From NCBI RefSeq assembly GCF_009914755.1, contig NC_060934.1: a stretch of 64,000 nucleotides of DNA; one strand, written 5' to 3'. Both the position numbers and the translations under genes were made by a program. The stretch's first letter is position 1, and every line of letters begins with the position of its first letter. This DNA comes from the human T2T-CHM13v2.0 reference genome, Homo sapiens. This document shows, piece by piece, positions 31,662 through 46,589 of the stretch. The notes under the pieces were generated by a model. The model had not been told where the DNA came from, searched no databases, and saw only the letters and a list, made by a program, of their open reading frames with translations.

Positions 31662-32468
31662 TAATTCTCTGTTTTTAAAAAGTTAAAATAGGGGCAAACT
31701 GTTGATTACATTTCATATATATGTATGCACACACATACATATATATTATATATGTGTCTATATATATGCACATACATACACACACACATACAAATACAAC
31801 ATACTATATACAGTGACTCATAAAAAAAAATTACGTCTGTTTCCTTCATTTTATGGATGAAATAGAAAGCCAGAGGATAGCCAACTGACTCAATACCATT
31901 TTCTGCAAAGCACATTCCTTCTCCACTTTGGTCATAAATTAGATGACCACACATCTGGGGGTCTCTTTATGAACCCTGTTTTATTCCATTATTCTATTTT
32001 TCTCTTTGTGCTAGCACAACAATTGGCTCTGTCCATCATAGAATGCTCTTTAAAACATTAACCACAAACTCATTCAAAGGTTTTCTGTCAGACAAAAGCA
32101 ACACTGTCTGGGGACTAAAATCTTAAAAGCCTACAGGGGCCTAGTAGAAAATGAAATCAGGAGTCAGGAGGAAGACAATAGGGAGTGGTGGGGACTGTGG
32201 TGGCCAGAGAGCATTTGCCCTATCCAAAGGCACAAAGCATTCACATTTGAAAATCATTCAACGTTCCTCCTGAGGGATGAGGGTAGGAGGACTGGCTGAG
32301 CGAATATAATGAAGCCCTCCAGGAGACAAAACTTGAGTGCAGTGTCACGGTCCACAGCACTATTCTTTACTCATTTTCTTTCGCTTAACTACTCTCTTAA
32401 AAATGACAGCTGAGGGGTCAATGTATTATCTAAGTGGAGAAAAGGAATACACGAACTTGATCATCAAA

Positions 32469-32563
32469 TGACAAAAAGGTTTGCAGCAGCAATCCTTGCC
32501 AGAATGGTGGGACCTGCCTCAATCTGCATGAGTCCTTTTTTTTGTATCTGTCCTTCACAGTGG
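32469..32563 (+). pseudogene. Inverted, frameshifted copy of the body of CUBN exon 5 inside intron 4
   Basis: Plus strand TGACAAAAAGGTTTGCAGCAGC...CACAGTGG matches exon 5 nt 6-99 (30214-30121, minus strand) with 4 substitutions and 1 extra T; no splice sites copied. Confidence 0.93.
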
Positions 32564-33290
32564 GACAGATCAAACTTAAAAGTAGAGGAAAATGCTTGAA
32601 GCATGAGCAAAACAGATGAAGAATATTTTTGCAGAAATTCTTACACTGGAATCCCCAGATTTTTATGCAAAATTTTAAACATGAAGAGATTCTGTACATT
32701 TCTCTGCATAGAAGGTTACAGCTTCCATGAAAGTCTTTAAAAGGTCAGCTTCCTACAAAAGGGGTAAGAAGCCTAAGTTTACATAGATCAGTCTACAAGC
32801 ATGTAGTACAGTTATACAATGTTTTCTGTAAGAAACTGTTCAAGTTTAATTACCAGCAAATGTCGTTTTAAGAAAATTCGGACTATTTTGTGATACACCT
32901 AGACTTCCGAGCTTAGCGTCAGAGAGGATGCTTGCTTTCCGAGCCCCAGTCCCTGATGGGAGAATCAGCAAGTTGGGAGATCACTAGCTGACCAAGCACA
33001 GCACACACAGCTAAAGGGTGATGGTAAAGGATGTGGGCTGTGGGCTGCAAACTCAGGGTCAGAAGCCCTAACAGGCTCGGAGACCTCAGCCTTGTCATTT
33101 CATCTGTCTTAGACTCAGCTCTGCATCTGCATCCTGGGAAGCACACGCTGGGATGAGAATTAAATTATGGGAAAAAGCAAGTTTTTAATATTAATCATCC
33201 ATTCACCTTCAAAATAAGAATAGCAGCTCTATTAATGATTCTAGTATGTTTTCTGTGAAAGATTTGGGTATGTAGTAGCATGAGACCTAC

Positions 33291-33329
33291 CTGCTGCAAG
33301 CCTTGGAATTTTCTCTCAAGATCCACCAG
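33291..33329 (-). CDS. CUBN: Cubilin exon 4 (39 nt)
   Basis: ccag|CTG GTG GAT...CAG CAG|GTAGGT; LVDLERKFQGLQQ. Confidence 0.94.
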
Positions 33330-33649
33330 CTGGCAATAGGGAAGAAAAAGCTTCAGTTAGCTGGTTCAAAGGCATTGCACATGTGATGTTATATCCTTGA
33401 CATATTGTCCTAATGCCCTCTGCTAGGGACACACTTTGTTCATTCCTCCTTTTATTCCCTTTTTCCTCTTCATTCCTCTCCCCTCAGGATTTTCTTCCTT
33501 CCTATTCCCTCCTATCACATAGATTTCTGGGGTTTTTTTAAGTTTTTTTTTAAAGTACAACCCACTGATAAGTTGACCGATTGCTTCTCTGTAGGCAGTG
33601 ACTATGGGAATGTTCATAAATGTCAGTGATGCATCCACTTCCCCAATAA

Positions 33650-34139
<490 letters not shown>

Positions 34140-34360
34140 AAGGCCTACTTCTGCAACAAGTGCTTGCACAGCATTTCCTGCCTTCTGTCCATCACTTCTA
34201 CAGCCTCCATTACAGCTGTGTCATTTAACCAAACAGTGAGTAGTTACATGCTAAATCTCTAAAGAGCACACAAAGTTGGTATATCCCCTACAAAACGGTT
34301 ACTTATACAATAGAACTAGGGAGAACTCATCGGTTCTTATGACGTAGATGTCAGACTTAC

Positions 34361-34456
34361 CTTGGAATTAAGCTGATAGATTTGACTAGATATATTTTGA
34401 GGCAGACCAATTGCACTCCCTTTTAACTCTATAATATCTTCTTTGTTTTTCTGGAT
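34361..34456 (-). CDS. CUBN: Cubilin exon 3 (96 nt, coiled-coil region)
   Basis: ttag|ATC CAG...TCC AAG|GTAAGT; [32 protein letters not shown]. Confidence 0.96.
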
Positions 34457-34709
34457 CTAATTTTAGAAAAAGAAGAAGAAATGAAGAGCACTAGTGAAAA
34501 TATCATATTTATCTTTACAGTAACATAATTAAAAACTTGAGTAGTATTCTACTTTAAGCACTAAGATCTTGCCTATTATTATAAAAACCAAAACAACACC
34601 ATGCGTAATAAACACTGGGCTAAAATAGCCACAGCATAATTCCACTTATCCTTTTCAGTAACAATAGATCAAGGTATTTTCCATTTGTATGTTTTCCTAT
34701 AATACCAGT

Positions 34710-34940
34710 TTAGGGTGCTTATTAAGAAACCTGGCTTGGAAGCAGACTGTTTAGGTTTTAAGTCCTGGCTCAGCTATTTATTGCTGTCCTGGGCAAGTTA
34801 CCTAACTGCTTCAGGGTTTCTTTACCTCTTGTAAAACTAGGGTGACAATAAAGGCCACCTCATAGGACAGCTGTGAAGGTCAAATGAGATAACATCCATA
34901 CGGTGCTAAGCACAGTGGATGGCCCACAGTAAGCTCTGAA
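34710..34940 (+). mobile_element. MIR
   Basis: GGGCAAGTTACCTAAC...CCTCATAGGACAGCTGTGAAGGTCAAATGAGATAA. Confidence 0.7.
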
Positions 34941-35279
34941 TAATGCTGACTTCTAACATTATGACTGAAATATGCAGTGATTATTGGGAAATGAAAACAC
35001 CCAGTAAGGCAGGAGAATAACTGGCCAATTCTGTTCTGTGGCAAAAGCAAACTGGTCACATGTCCACATATCCTTGGTCCCCTACTTCCTCGCATCCCCT
35101 GTGGAGGAGTTTCAGTTCCACCCTCCGTGCCTTCTCTGGACTAGGGTGCATTGTCTGGCACAATGAGCTTCTATCTTTTAGCATACTCCCTCTACCCACT
35201 ATTAACCCCAGGCCATCGTCCTTTACAAGAACATGTCTGATGCCCAATTATGTTCTCTATGCTAAAGATTCAAGGTACA

Positions 35280-35559
35280 CTAGGAAGGGGGAGGGAGGCT
35301 GAAGACAGGTTGATTAATGAATACAATATATAGTTAGATAGAAGAAATAAGACCTAGTGTTTGATAGACCAGTAGGGTGACTATAGTTAACATTAATCTA
35401 TTGTACATTTCAAAATAACTAGAAGAGAACAATTCATATGTTCTTAGCATGAAGAAAAGGTAAATATTTAAGGTGATGGATATCCCAATTACCCTGATTT
35501 GAACTTTACACATTATAGGAATGTATCAAATTATGTATTAATAAAAAATAATAATTAAA
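35280..35559 (+). mobile_element. Short L1MA 3' end with 16-bp TSD
   Basis: GTTAGATAGAAGAAATAAGACCTAGTG...TTAAGGTGATGGATATCCCAATTACCCTGATTTG; TSD AAAGATTCAAGGTACA at 35264-35279 and 35560-35575. Confidence 0.88.
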
Positions 35560-35652
35560 AAAGATTCAAGGTACAGATTAATCTAGACTTGTTCAATTAA
35601 GTCACCGTATATGGATATACAAAATGACTTCAATATATTTCCAGTGTATTAC

Positions 35653-35782
35653 CTGATGTAAACACTCACTGAGATCTTCATCATTTAATTTAATTTTTCC
35701 CAGGGATCCGGTTCTAAACTCAATGTTTTGAGCAGACCCCGTAAGAAACACCAAATTTCCTCTCTCTGTAGCCATTCGAGGC
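35653..35782 (-). CDS. CUBN: Cubilin exon 2 (130 nt)
   Basis: tatag|G CCT CGA ATG...CAT CAG|GTAATA; [43 protein letters not shown]. Confidence 0.96.
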
Positions 35783-36175
35783 CTATATAATTCAAACCAG
35801 AGAATGCATCAGTAATTAGCAAGTACAATTTTTAAACCAAAATAACAAAGTTTCTTACTGAATAACTACAGGCCAAATACATCTTCACTTTTTGATCATC
35901 TCAACCCAACTGCCCCTGCTCATCTGCCACTTTTTTCTCTGCACATTTCTCAGAGATACCTCCTGGCAATTGCAAACAGATTATTTGCAAAATGACAGAT
36001 AATAATTTGTGCATAGGAAAGTAATTTCATACCTCAGTCTAAATGTTTTTCCCTGTTTGCTTCTCAACATAATTTTCCTCAAGAAAAATTGCACCTTTGT
36101 TTATCTGGCTATTTGGGAAAACTGGTGAGGAATTAGCCTAGTCCCTGAGCAGGAATGACCCATGTGTTTACTTAC

Positions 36176-36297
36176 TGTTGGAGATTGATGCTTCTTTTTT
36201 GTCTCTGCAGCTCAAGTTCTCCAGCTTCGCCATTTACTTCAGCAAATATTAATAAGGTAAGCAAACTCCAAAGAAAAGGTAAAGACATGTTCATCAT
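36176..36297 (-). CDS. CUBN: Cubilin exon 1 coding part: signal peptide and propeptide ending in furin site RQKR (c.1-122)
   Basis: Translates MMNMSLPFLWSLLTLLIFAEVNGEAGELELQRQKRSINLQ, the cubilin N-terminus; donor CA|GTAAGT at 36175. Confidence 0.97.
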
Positions 36298-36600
36298 CAA
36301 CCTCCCAGGTTGGCAGGTAAGAGTGAGGCCACTCCAACCAACTGAGCATGGGATTTTGGAGAACAGCAAACCAGGCAGGTGTACTTTGAACCATGGAATA
36401 TCCTGTAACTGTTGAGTTTTTTCTTCTTTGCCCTAGAAGGCTATGTTATTTTTTCTTCCAGAGGGATGTAAATGATCTTAGATCTTCAGTACTCTTCAAC
36501 TTGTGAGAGGTCAAAATCTACCTTAAGTGATGCGCAACTTAATCATTATCTATTTGACCTTTGAAACAGTAACAAGCAGCTTTGAAAACATCCACTTAAA
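36298..36600 (-). promoter_or_regulatory. CUBN: CUBN 5'UTR and non-CpG-island proximal promoter with DR1 (HNF4/PPAR-type), HNF1, C/EBP-like and GATA motifs
   Basis: Directly upstream of the ATG. Minus strand: GGTTCAAAGTACA (36380-36392), GTTTCAAAGGTCA (36555-36567). Plus strand: CTTAATCATTATC (36538-36550), ATGCGCAA (36530-36537), TTATCT (36546-36551). The TSS itself is not visible from sequence. Confidence 0.7.
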
Positions 36601-36714
36601 CAATCTTTGCTTAAGAAGTAACTAGGTTTCAACAAAAGTAAACTGGTCATTATCTACACCTTTCTCTGTTCCCCTCCTTCCTCACCTCCCTTGCAGAGGA
36701 GTTCCACCTTTACC

Positions 36715-37140
36715 CAGCGCTAGGAAAACTAGATATCCACATGCAAAAGAAGTAGGAGGCTTACCTCATACCATATGCAAAAATTAACTCAAAAAAGTTC
36801 AAAGATCTAAATCTAAGAGCTAAAACTATAAAATTAACTCACAATGGTTCAAAAAATCTGAAACTATAACATAAAACTCAGAAGAATAGGACAAAAATTC
36901 ATGACCTTGGATTTTGGATTTGGCAATGATTTCTTGAGTATGATACCAAAAGCATGGGCAAAAAAAGAAAAACACACAGACAACCAAAAGATATAAATTG
37001 GAATACATCAAAATTAAAAACGTTTGTGCATCAAAAAATACATCAACAGAGTGAAAAAGCAACTCCCAGAATGGAAGAAAATATTTGCAAATCATATATA
37101 TATGAAAATGGGTTAATATCCAGAATGTACAAAGAATTTG
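36715..37140 (+). mobile_element. L1MB-type ORF2 fragment
   Basis: GAAAACTAGATATCCACATGCAAAAGA, GGATTTGGCAATGATTTCTT, AATATTTGCAAATCATATAT. Confidence 0.75.
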
Positions 37141-37576
37141 TACTTTTTACTTTTTATCATCCCTGTGGGACCTATGGACGGCTGTGGAATCCATTCCCAC
37201 TTTCCACACTGCGCTATACACCCTTCCAGCTGGATATATGGTTTGAGGACATGGAGCACTGATGTCCCCACTCACTCTGTGCTGGGACTACAGAAACCAC
37301 TGAGAGTGATGAAAATATTCTACATTTCGATTGTAAAATCAACTATTGATGCACTCAGACTTTCCATGAGCACACAGACAAAACTGAATTTGAGGGAGAG
37401 CTGTAAAAATTTCACTTCTAAGAAAAATCTCTAGGTAATTACCATTGCATTGGTTAATACCCATGCAGGCTCTTTCAGGACAAGACTGTTTGTGTTTTAC
37501 TTATTTTGTGTCTTACTTATGTAGGCTCTTTGAGGAGAGGATCATTATGTACCATAGCTTATAATTCTTTACTTAT

Positions 37577-38750
<1,174 letters not shown>

Positions 38751-40496
38751 ATTTCTCTTCTATATTTGTAAATGTCTTCATATATCAGGATGATACAAAA
38801 TATTAATTTGGTATTAAACTAAATGCTAAGAAAAGATATCCAATAGCCTTTACATCAATAGAGATGAAATTTATCATAATAAATTTGTTTATTTGAAAGC
38901 TTAACAACTTGGCATGGGGTGGAGGGAAAGTTTGACAATATGAAATTTTTGGCAAGTTTAGAATAGGATAAAATAGTCTGGGCTAGAATCTTCCAATCAA
39001 AAGGATAATTCAAACTCTCTGAGCTCTGGACGTAACTATTTTCATGATTATACTTTCTTAAAGACCACTGAACTCAGCTAATCTTTCCAGTGCAATAGAA
39101 AAGGCCTCCAGCATGATCTTAATAAGGACTTCCTCTTTGACAGGATTTTCCTGTTTTGTTAATTAATGTGTTTATTACTCAACAAAGTAAAGATAATCTC
39201 TCAGCTCCCAATCTAAGCATTCAATTGCTCATTGTCACCCATGTTAGAAAAAAAAAAGAAAGTAACCGTCGTTCAAGGTCTGACTGACTTTTAGTGATGA
39301 GTTAGGGAATTTTACATCCAGCTCATTCACTCAACTCTAGCTCAGATCAATAGGCAAGTCAGACTGTCTGCATATGTTGACTCTGTGAAAAGCAATATAA
39401 AAATCAATTGCTGTTTCCAAGGCATTGGCACTCATTCTGTTTACTTACTCTATTCAGAAATACTTCAGGAAAGATGAATTAAAGTAGTTTTAGAATCTAT
39501 GACCTTCAGATCTATATGGTAGATAACCTCTCTTCTTCTCCTCTCCCAAGGTAAACATTCTATAGACCTGAAATTCTATCTTTCATTGACTAGTAAAACT
39601 CCTGTCTGTTCCCTAATCTAGAATGCATTCCACTAATATTCTGCATGTGCCCTTTACATATTAGCCATCTATAAGATGATAGGAACACGAAATGTAGTAA
39701 ATTGCAGATTCTTCCCTCTGAAGCCTCCAGTCTAGGGAAGACCACATGGTTGAAGGTTAAGAACACGGGCCTGAAGCTCATTTATGTGCGTTCAAAGTCT
39801 GACTCCATCACTTACTGACCATGGAACCTTGTTTTTTCATCAGCAGACAGATAATAACAGCACTGAAGTTATGTAAAATGTTTAGCACATTAGGTTACTG
39901 GCACAAAATAAGTGTTCATTAAATATAAGCTGTTATCAATATCATGTAAAGAAATATAATAATCCTCACCCTCCTGTATCCTCTCTTGGGTTTAGATTCC
40001 TTAAAAGAAAAACTGACAAAAAGAATTCACAGCTGTCTTTATAATCTTGGGTACAAGGAGAAGCAAGGGTGTCTGATCATTTCTCCTATAAAAGAGGATT
40101 TCAGAGCAGAGAGATGAATTGGGGACTTTGAGTGAGGAAGACGATTGCTGACCTGGAGTTAAAGGTGTGAGGCAAAGGTAACTGATGTCTAAGAACAAGG
40201 CAAGGTGACTCCAGGAAGCACAGAACAACTCCACATTGGTGGGTGGAGAGCAAGATTCCATTTAAATCCAAGAGTTTTGAAGAGCAGGCAATCCAAAAGA
40301 AACGGTATCATCCTTGAGTGGAACTGAGTAACCAGGGTGAGGAAGCTTTTATATGGGGTGCTAGCAATGGAGCCCTCGGACAGGGAGGATCTGCTCTGGG
40401 GGCTGCTCAGTGTTTGGAGGAGGGCACCTAGTTGGAGAGTTTACCTAAGGAACCCTTATGCACATTTGTACGCATTCATTAAAATAAAACCCTTAG

Positions 40497-40843
<347 letters not shown>

Positions 40844-41899
40844 TTAATGGCATGTTGTAGACTTTAAGTTTATAATGGTGTCTGCTGTACTGTTGATTTC
40901 CACTCATCAGCCTTTACTCTCTTTGACTTCTTCAGCAAGACACATGCAAATGTATTTTGCATTGTTGCTGATACCATACATGGTACATGGAATGAGGGTG
41001 GTATCCAAATGTTCAGTGTACTGCTCATCCATAATTCATGACCTGCTGACTTCTGCTCCGGTCCTGTCGCATGGTCTCACCTTTCTCTTTCTTCCTCATC
41101 CTGGCTCCACAGCCTTTCTCACTGAAGTCTTAGCTCCCTTCTCTCCCTCCCTCCCTCCTTCCAAAACCACCTGAAGGTGGTTGTAAGAATCAGAATGAAC
41201 TACTCCTTTCTCCTGTTTTTTATGTTTTTCAAGATATCTCTGTGCAACCTTTTCTCCTTCTGTGACATTCACTTCTCCTCCCTTTATATTCTGAATGCTC
41301 AGTTCTTTGCTCCTCCTTTAAATAATTCCCACAGACTTCACAAATAAAAATTCCTGTGGTCATCAAAAACATACATGAAAGTTAATCCCAGTATACTAGA
41401 ATTTCATATGAGGGGAATTTAAGGTTAAGAAGGGGTCATGGTAATCAGAATATGGCTAAGGACAAAAACAGAGGTTGGGGGAGGGGGAGGGAGAGAGAGA
41501 GAGAGAGAGACCTTTATTGGAGAACAATGGAGGAGAGAATTAACTCTGCCTGGAAGGGGAATGCAGGCTTCCCAGGAGTCCATCTGAGTAGTTCCCAGGT
41601 AGAATAGTAGAGTGAGGAGTTTCAGGCAGAGTAATGGTGTATACAAAGCTTTTCAGTAGAAAGTAGCTCAGCAGGGCTACAGCAGTGTCTATATGTGGGA
41701 GATGAAGTTTTAAAAATGAACAGGAAGCCAAATCAAGAAGGACTTTGAAATATCATTTTAATGAGCTTAGATTTTATTTACTTTTAATACTGCAGAATTA
41801 TGAGAGTCTCTTAGGGAAGAGATTAACATGGTCATGTTTGCATTTTACAAGCAACCCTGTGGAGCCATGTCTGAGACCCAGAGTTGGTAAGGAGGTTAG

Positions 41900-42214
<315 letters not shown>

Positions 42215-42293
42215 TGAGAAAGATATTCAGAAAACAGGCTACAGAAATACTTGGGTAGTTAATATTTCATTAGAACTATTAGAGGGGGAAGTT

Positions 42294-42606
42294 GGCCGGG
42301 TGCAGTGGCTCATGTCTGTAATCCTGACACTTTGGGAGGCCGAGGCAGGCAGATCACTTGAGGTCGGGAGTTCAAGATCAGCCTGGCCAACATGGTGAAA
42401 CCCTGTCTCTACTAAAAATACAAAAATTAGCTAGGCGTGGTGGCGGGCACCTGTAGTCCCAGCTACTCAGGAGGCTGAGGCAGGAGAATCACTTGAACCT
42501 GGGAGGCGGAAGCTGCAGTGAACCATGATTGCACTATGCACTACTGCACTCCAGCCTGGGCAACAGAGGGAGACTCTGTCTCAAAAAAAAAAAAAAAAAA
42601 AAAAAG
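42294..42606 (+). mobile_element. AluSx-like
   Basis: Alu consensus with polyA. Confidence 0.92.
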
Positions 42607-42834
42607 AACAGAGGTTTCTTGCTTGGAAAATTGGAATTGGAAGGAAAGAGATGTCATTAATTGAGTAAGAGAATAATCAGGGGAAGAAGATTTTGGAGGA
42701 AAGATAGTTCAGATTTGGATACATAGAGCTCTAAGGAATATCAACCACTCTGCTGCTTCACAGGCCTCACTCTCTGCAAGTGGTTTAACCATCTAAGATG
42801 GGAGTGGGGAAGATGTAGAGATGGCGTAGACTAG

Positions 42835-43000
42835 AACCTTGCTACTCCAAGTGTGGTCCACAGACCCAGCACAGGCGTCACTCAGGAGCGTGTCAGAAAT
42901 GCAAAATCTCAGGTGCTACTGCCAACCTGCTGAATTAGAATCTTCATTTTACAAAGATCCTCCTCCCTGCCAATTATCTGTACACTCATTAAAGTGACCT
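42835..43000. mobile_element. MER5A-like hAT-Charlie element
   Basis: GCTACTCCAAGTGTGGTCC...AGAAATGCAAAATCTCAGG...TGAATTAGAATC. Confidence 0.65.
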
Positions 43001-44068
43001 AGGAGCACAAAGACACCTTCACTCATGACGAGAGTCAAGTGGTCCCTGCCATTGCGTCTGCATTTCCATTTCTACATTTTTCTTAGATTGATTCTCCAAT
43101 TTTTAAATAATTTTCTATTTTCCACCTCTTTGTCTTGTTTTGTTATACTTTCTGAGAAAGTATTTATCTTTTAATTTTCTAGTAATTTGTTTTAAAATGT
43201 TGCTATCATTTTAAATTTGAAAACCCCTTTTTTGATTTTTGCTCTTGTTTCGTAGTTGTAACATCATCTAGTAATTTTTAGATAGTTGCTTTTTGATGTT
43301 TTCTTGTTTCCTGTATGGGCTCTGTTTTCTCTAAGTTGTTTTTCTCCCATTTGTTTGCTGGTTTAGGTCTTTCTAATTCATGCTAGAGGCTTTCCTCAAA
43401 TACCTATGGATCCTTATATGTTCATTGACATTTAAAAATAACACATTACAGAATGGATGGTAGGCTCTGTGTGCATGGGTGGCGATTATAACTGGTAGGC
43501 TTTGCCACAGAGCAACCGAATGGCAAACTGACAATTTCACTGGGGAACCCCAAATGCCCATCTTTGAAGGCATCTTGCCCTGGAGACGTTCAGAAAAAAA
43601 TTCTCCAGTCTTCTACCTGGACTAGTAGAGGTGACTGGAGATTTTATACTAAGTGTACAGACTTTACTTACCCTCTTATTTTCTGTATTTTTCTCCAAAT
43701 TCTTGAAGAGCATCCCATTGCCACATTAGTATATTTCACTGCTGTTTTTTATACCAATGTTCACTTTTTATTCCTACCAGCTTTATCTAAATTCCATTGT
43801 TTTAGAGGCTTAATAAGCATTTAGTGAAGACATACGAAGTCCTTGACCATGGGGGAAATTTGAAAGAAGTAAATTTATTGACCTTCTCTGATTTACAATA
43901 AAGTCGTAATGTACAAATCTGGAGAGCCAGAGTTAGGCAACATTACAAAGACAAGTGTGACAAGATGGCACAGATACACAGTAGCATGCTGTTAAGTAAA
44001 CAGCAGGTACCAAACTAGGAAAGATGTCCAAGGCCCAGTATGGGCACACTATAGAAAGTGGTTCCACT

Positions 44069-44370
44069 GGCCGGGCTCAGTGCCTCGTACCTGTAATCCC
44101 AGCACTTTGGGAGGCCAAGGCGGGCTGATCATTTGAGGTCAGGAATTTGAGACCAGCCAAAATGGTGAAACCCTGTCTCTACTAAAAATACAAAAAAATT
44201 AGCCGGGCATGGTGGCACACACCTGTAGTCCCAGCTACTCAGGAGGCGAGGCTGAGGCAGGAGAATCGCTTGAACCCAGGAGGTGGAGGTTGCAGCAAGC
44301 CGAGAGCCACTGCACTCCAGCCTGGGTGACAGAGCGAAACTCTGCCAAAAAAAAAAGAAAAAAAAAAAAA
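44069..44370 (+). mobile_element. AluS
   Basis: Alu consensus; gttccact flanks. Confidence 0.92.
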
Positions 44371-46555
44371 GGTTGTTCCACTTGTCCAGCAGGGTGACCT
44401 TGAAGGAAAGTGGCTGGGTAAAGGAAGAGACATCGACAGAAGGCCTTAAGTGGCAGGTTAAAGAATGTTGATTTAATCTTTTTAATAGGGGGATGTTCTT
44501 TTATCTTGAGTGCAATAATCCTTATGTGATATTTCTGCTAGGCCAGCTGAATTTATCTGGAGGACTGGATCAATGTGGGAGTCATAAAAATGAGGAGAGG
44601 GTTGAGATGCAGAGGTGCGCTGGAGGATGGACAAATTGGCAAGATTCTCACACCCCTAATGCTAGCTCCCATTACATGTTATAGCTTCCATCTGGCTTTT
44701 GTGCTTTTTTTAGTCCCTTTTCATTTTCATATCAGTTTAAAACAGAACACTGTAGAATTAATCTGGTTTTTAGTCGTTAATGGAAACATTTGTGAATATA
44801 ACGATCTTTTAACCTTCATGACACTTAATTCATTCTCTTTTTCAGGGACGTAACATTGCTTAAAAGATACATTTACATATGTCAGTTTTGTGATTTTCTG
44901 CAAAATTTCAGGGCAATATAACATTGTTCCAATTCTTTCATTTTCCATGAAGGATTACATAAAATAATGATGGAAATCAAGGTACATTTAAAACTATTCT
45001 TTTGCTCATTTCATGGGAAGTGCATTACCATGTAGGAAATTACCAAGTCTACTACTGTGATGAACTGATCTTTTTGAAAGCAGTGTGGTCTTGGCTCAAG
45101 GCACATAAAGCAGACATTTGTTCTCCATGCTCATTATTACAATGACTACAATTATCTTTGAGTAGAATGAAAAAGAATTATGAGTTAATCATTACCATTT
45201 AAATTGCTGAGGTTTGGCAGAGCTTTTCCTGAGAAAGCAGATTGTTGAGAGTTTGGAGAACTTTTCCACTTTTTTCAAGTTTTTTTTTTTAAGTAATATA
45301 ATCCCTTCATAAACAATGAGAAAAAAATAACGAAATTCAAATCCAGAGGGACAAACGCAATAGGGGAATAGGGCTTTGGAGGAGGAGCACAGGGGTGTTC
45401 GTGGCACATGTATACACACGTGTGCACACACAGCTTCCTAATTGTAACTCAAGCAAATGTTACAGAAAACATAAAATATGCACTGGAGGGTCTCGCATCA
45501 TTATAAGGATCAGCCATAGCAGAGGAGATACTAATTGCTAGGATTAAAGGCTCCAAAAGCTAGTAAAAAAATCAACAGAGCTTTCTCTACCTCCAACAGC
45601 TCCCGGAATGGGGACTTCAGCAGCTCCATTGGATTAATCCAAGCTTGGTTTCCAAGGTGTGAAGCAATGAAGCGGAGTTTACCATAGGTGAACCCTCCTG
45701 CCATCCTGTTCCAAATCAACCTAAAAAGGACAAAATGAGTTTTCTACTTGGTGACCCCTAAAATTCCCCAAACAAGGCGGTGAAGTTAAATATTTAGACA
45801 CCATTCATACGATAATCAAAGGAAAATGTCTGATTGCACTCAGACTTCAGCATGAATGACAGAAGAAATGTAGGTGGTAAATAACTGCAAACAACTTATA
45901 TTGGATCTGATCTTAGGAAAAGGGGAAAGTACATCTTTGTGATGATATTTTGTGTTCTATTAGGGGAGGAGAGCAAGAGAGGTGAGGATGTCACCACCGA
46001 TGGGGGGAAGAAAAAAACAGTTTGGTTCTCTTCTGGGAAGGAAAATGAAAAAAAAGAAAAAGAAAACAAAGTTTGGGGATACCTGGCACTCTTCAGACTC
46101 TGCCTCTTGTACCTTTAATTGGGAAGATAGACGCAGAAGCAGTACACACAGGCATCTTTATCTTGTGAGAGGAAGCTTTGCATTACGGATGTGATTTACG
46201 GTTAGAGGAGTGATTTAACAAGGCTGATGCCTTACAAAGGGGCATCATTCCCAGGGGATTTGTTAATTGAAGTGCCACATAGATCTGTGGGAAGATTTAA
46301 GGTGTTGTCATCAATGGCAGAAAGGATGAGATGACCTCACTTCTGTCTTTTTCAATGCCGTTATTCTAAGATCTATAAAAAACAACACCTTTGTATGCTT
46401 TCTTTATAGTGACTTGGACCATATTTGTTACGGAAGTACTGCTAAATCAAGCTTTGTCAACAATTCCTAGACTATGTTTAGAAGAGACATAAACAATACC
46501 CTAGGAGTTATACACAATTTTGGCATTAAATATTCTTCCAGTAACATCTAGTGTG

Positions 46556-46556
<1 letters not shown>

Positions 46557-46589
<33 letters not shown>

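Noticed and set aside
32100-32260. Possible hAT-Charlie DNA transposon fragment beside the exon 5 copy
   Set aside because: I could not assign a family or termini confidently, and nothing links it to the copy.
32469-32563. Reading the exon 5 copy as an alternative coding exon or a classic processed pseudogene
   Set aside because: Wrong strand for CUBN, no splice sites, frameshifted, no exon-exon junction and no polyA tail.
36298-36369. In-frame CTG-initiated N-terminal extension of cubilin suggested by the ORF track
   Set aside because: Non-AUG start probably upstream of the transcribed region; the signal peptide already begins at MMNM.
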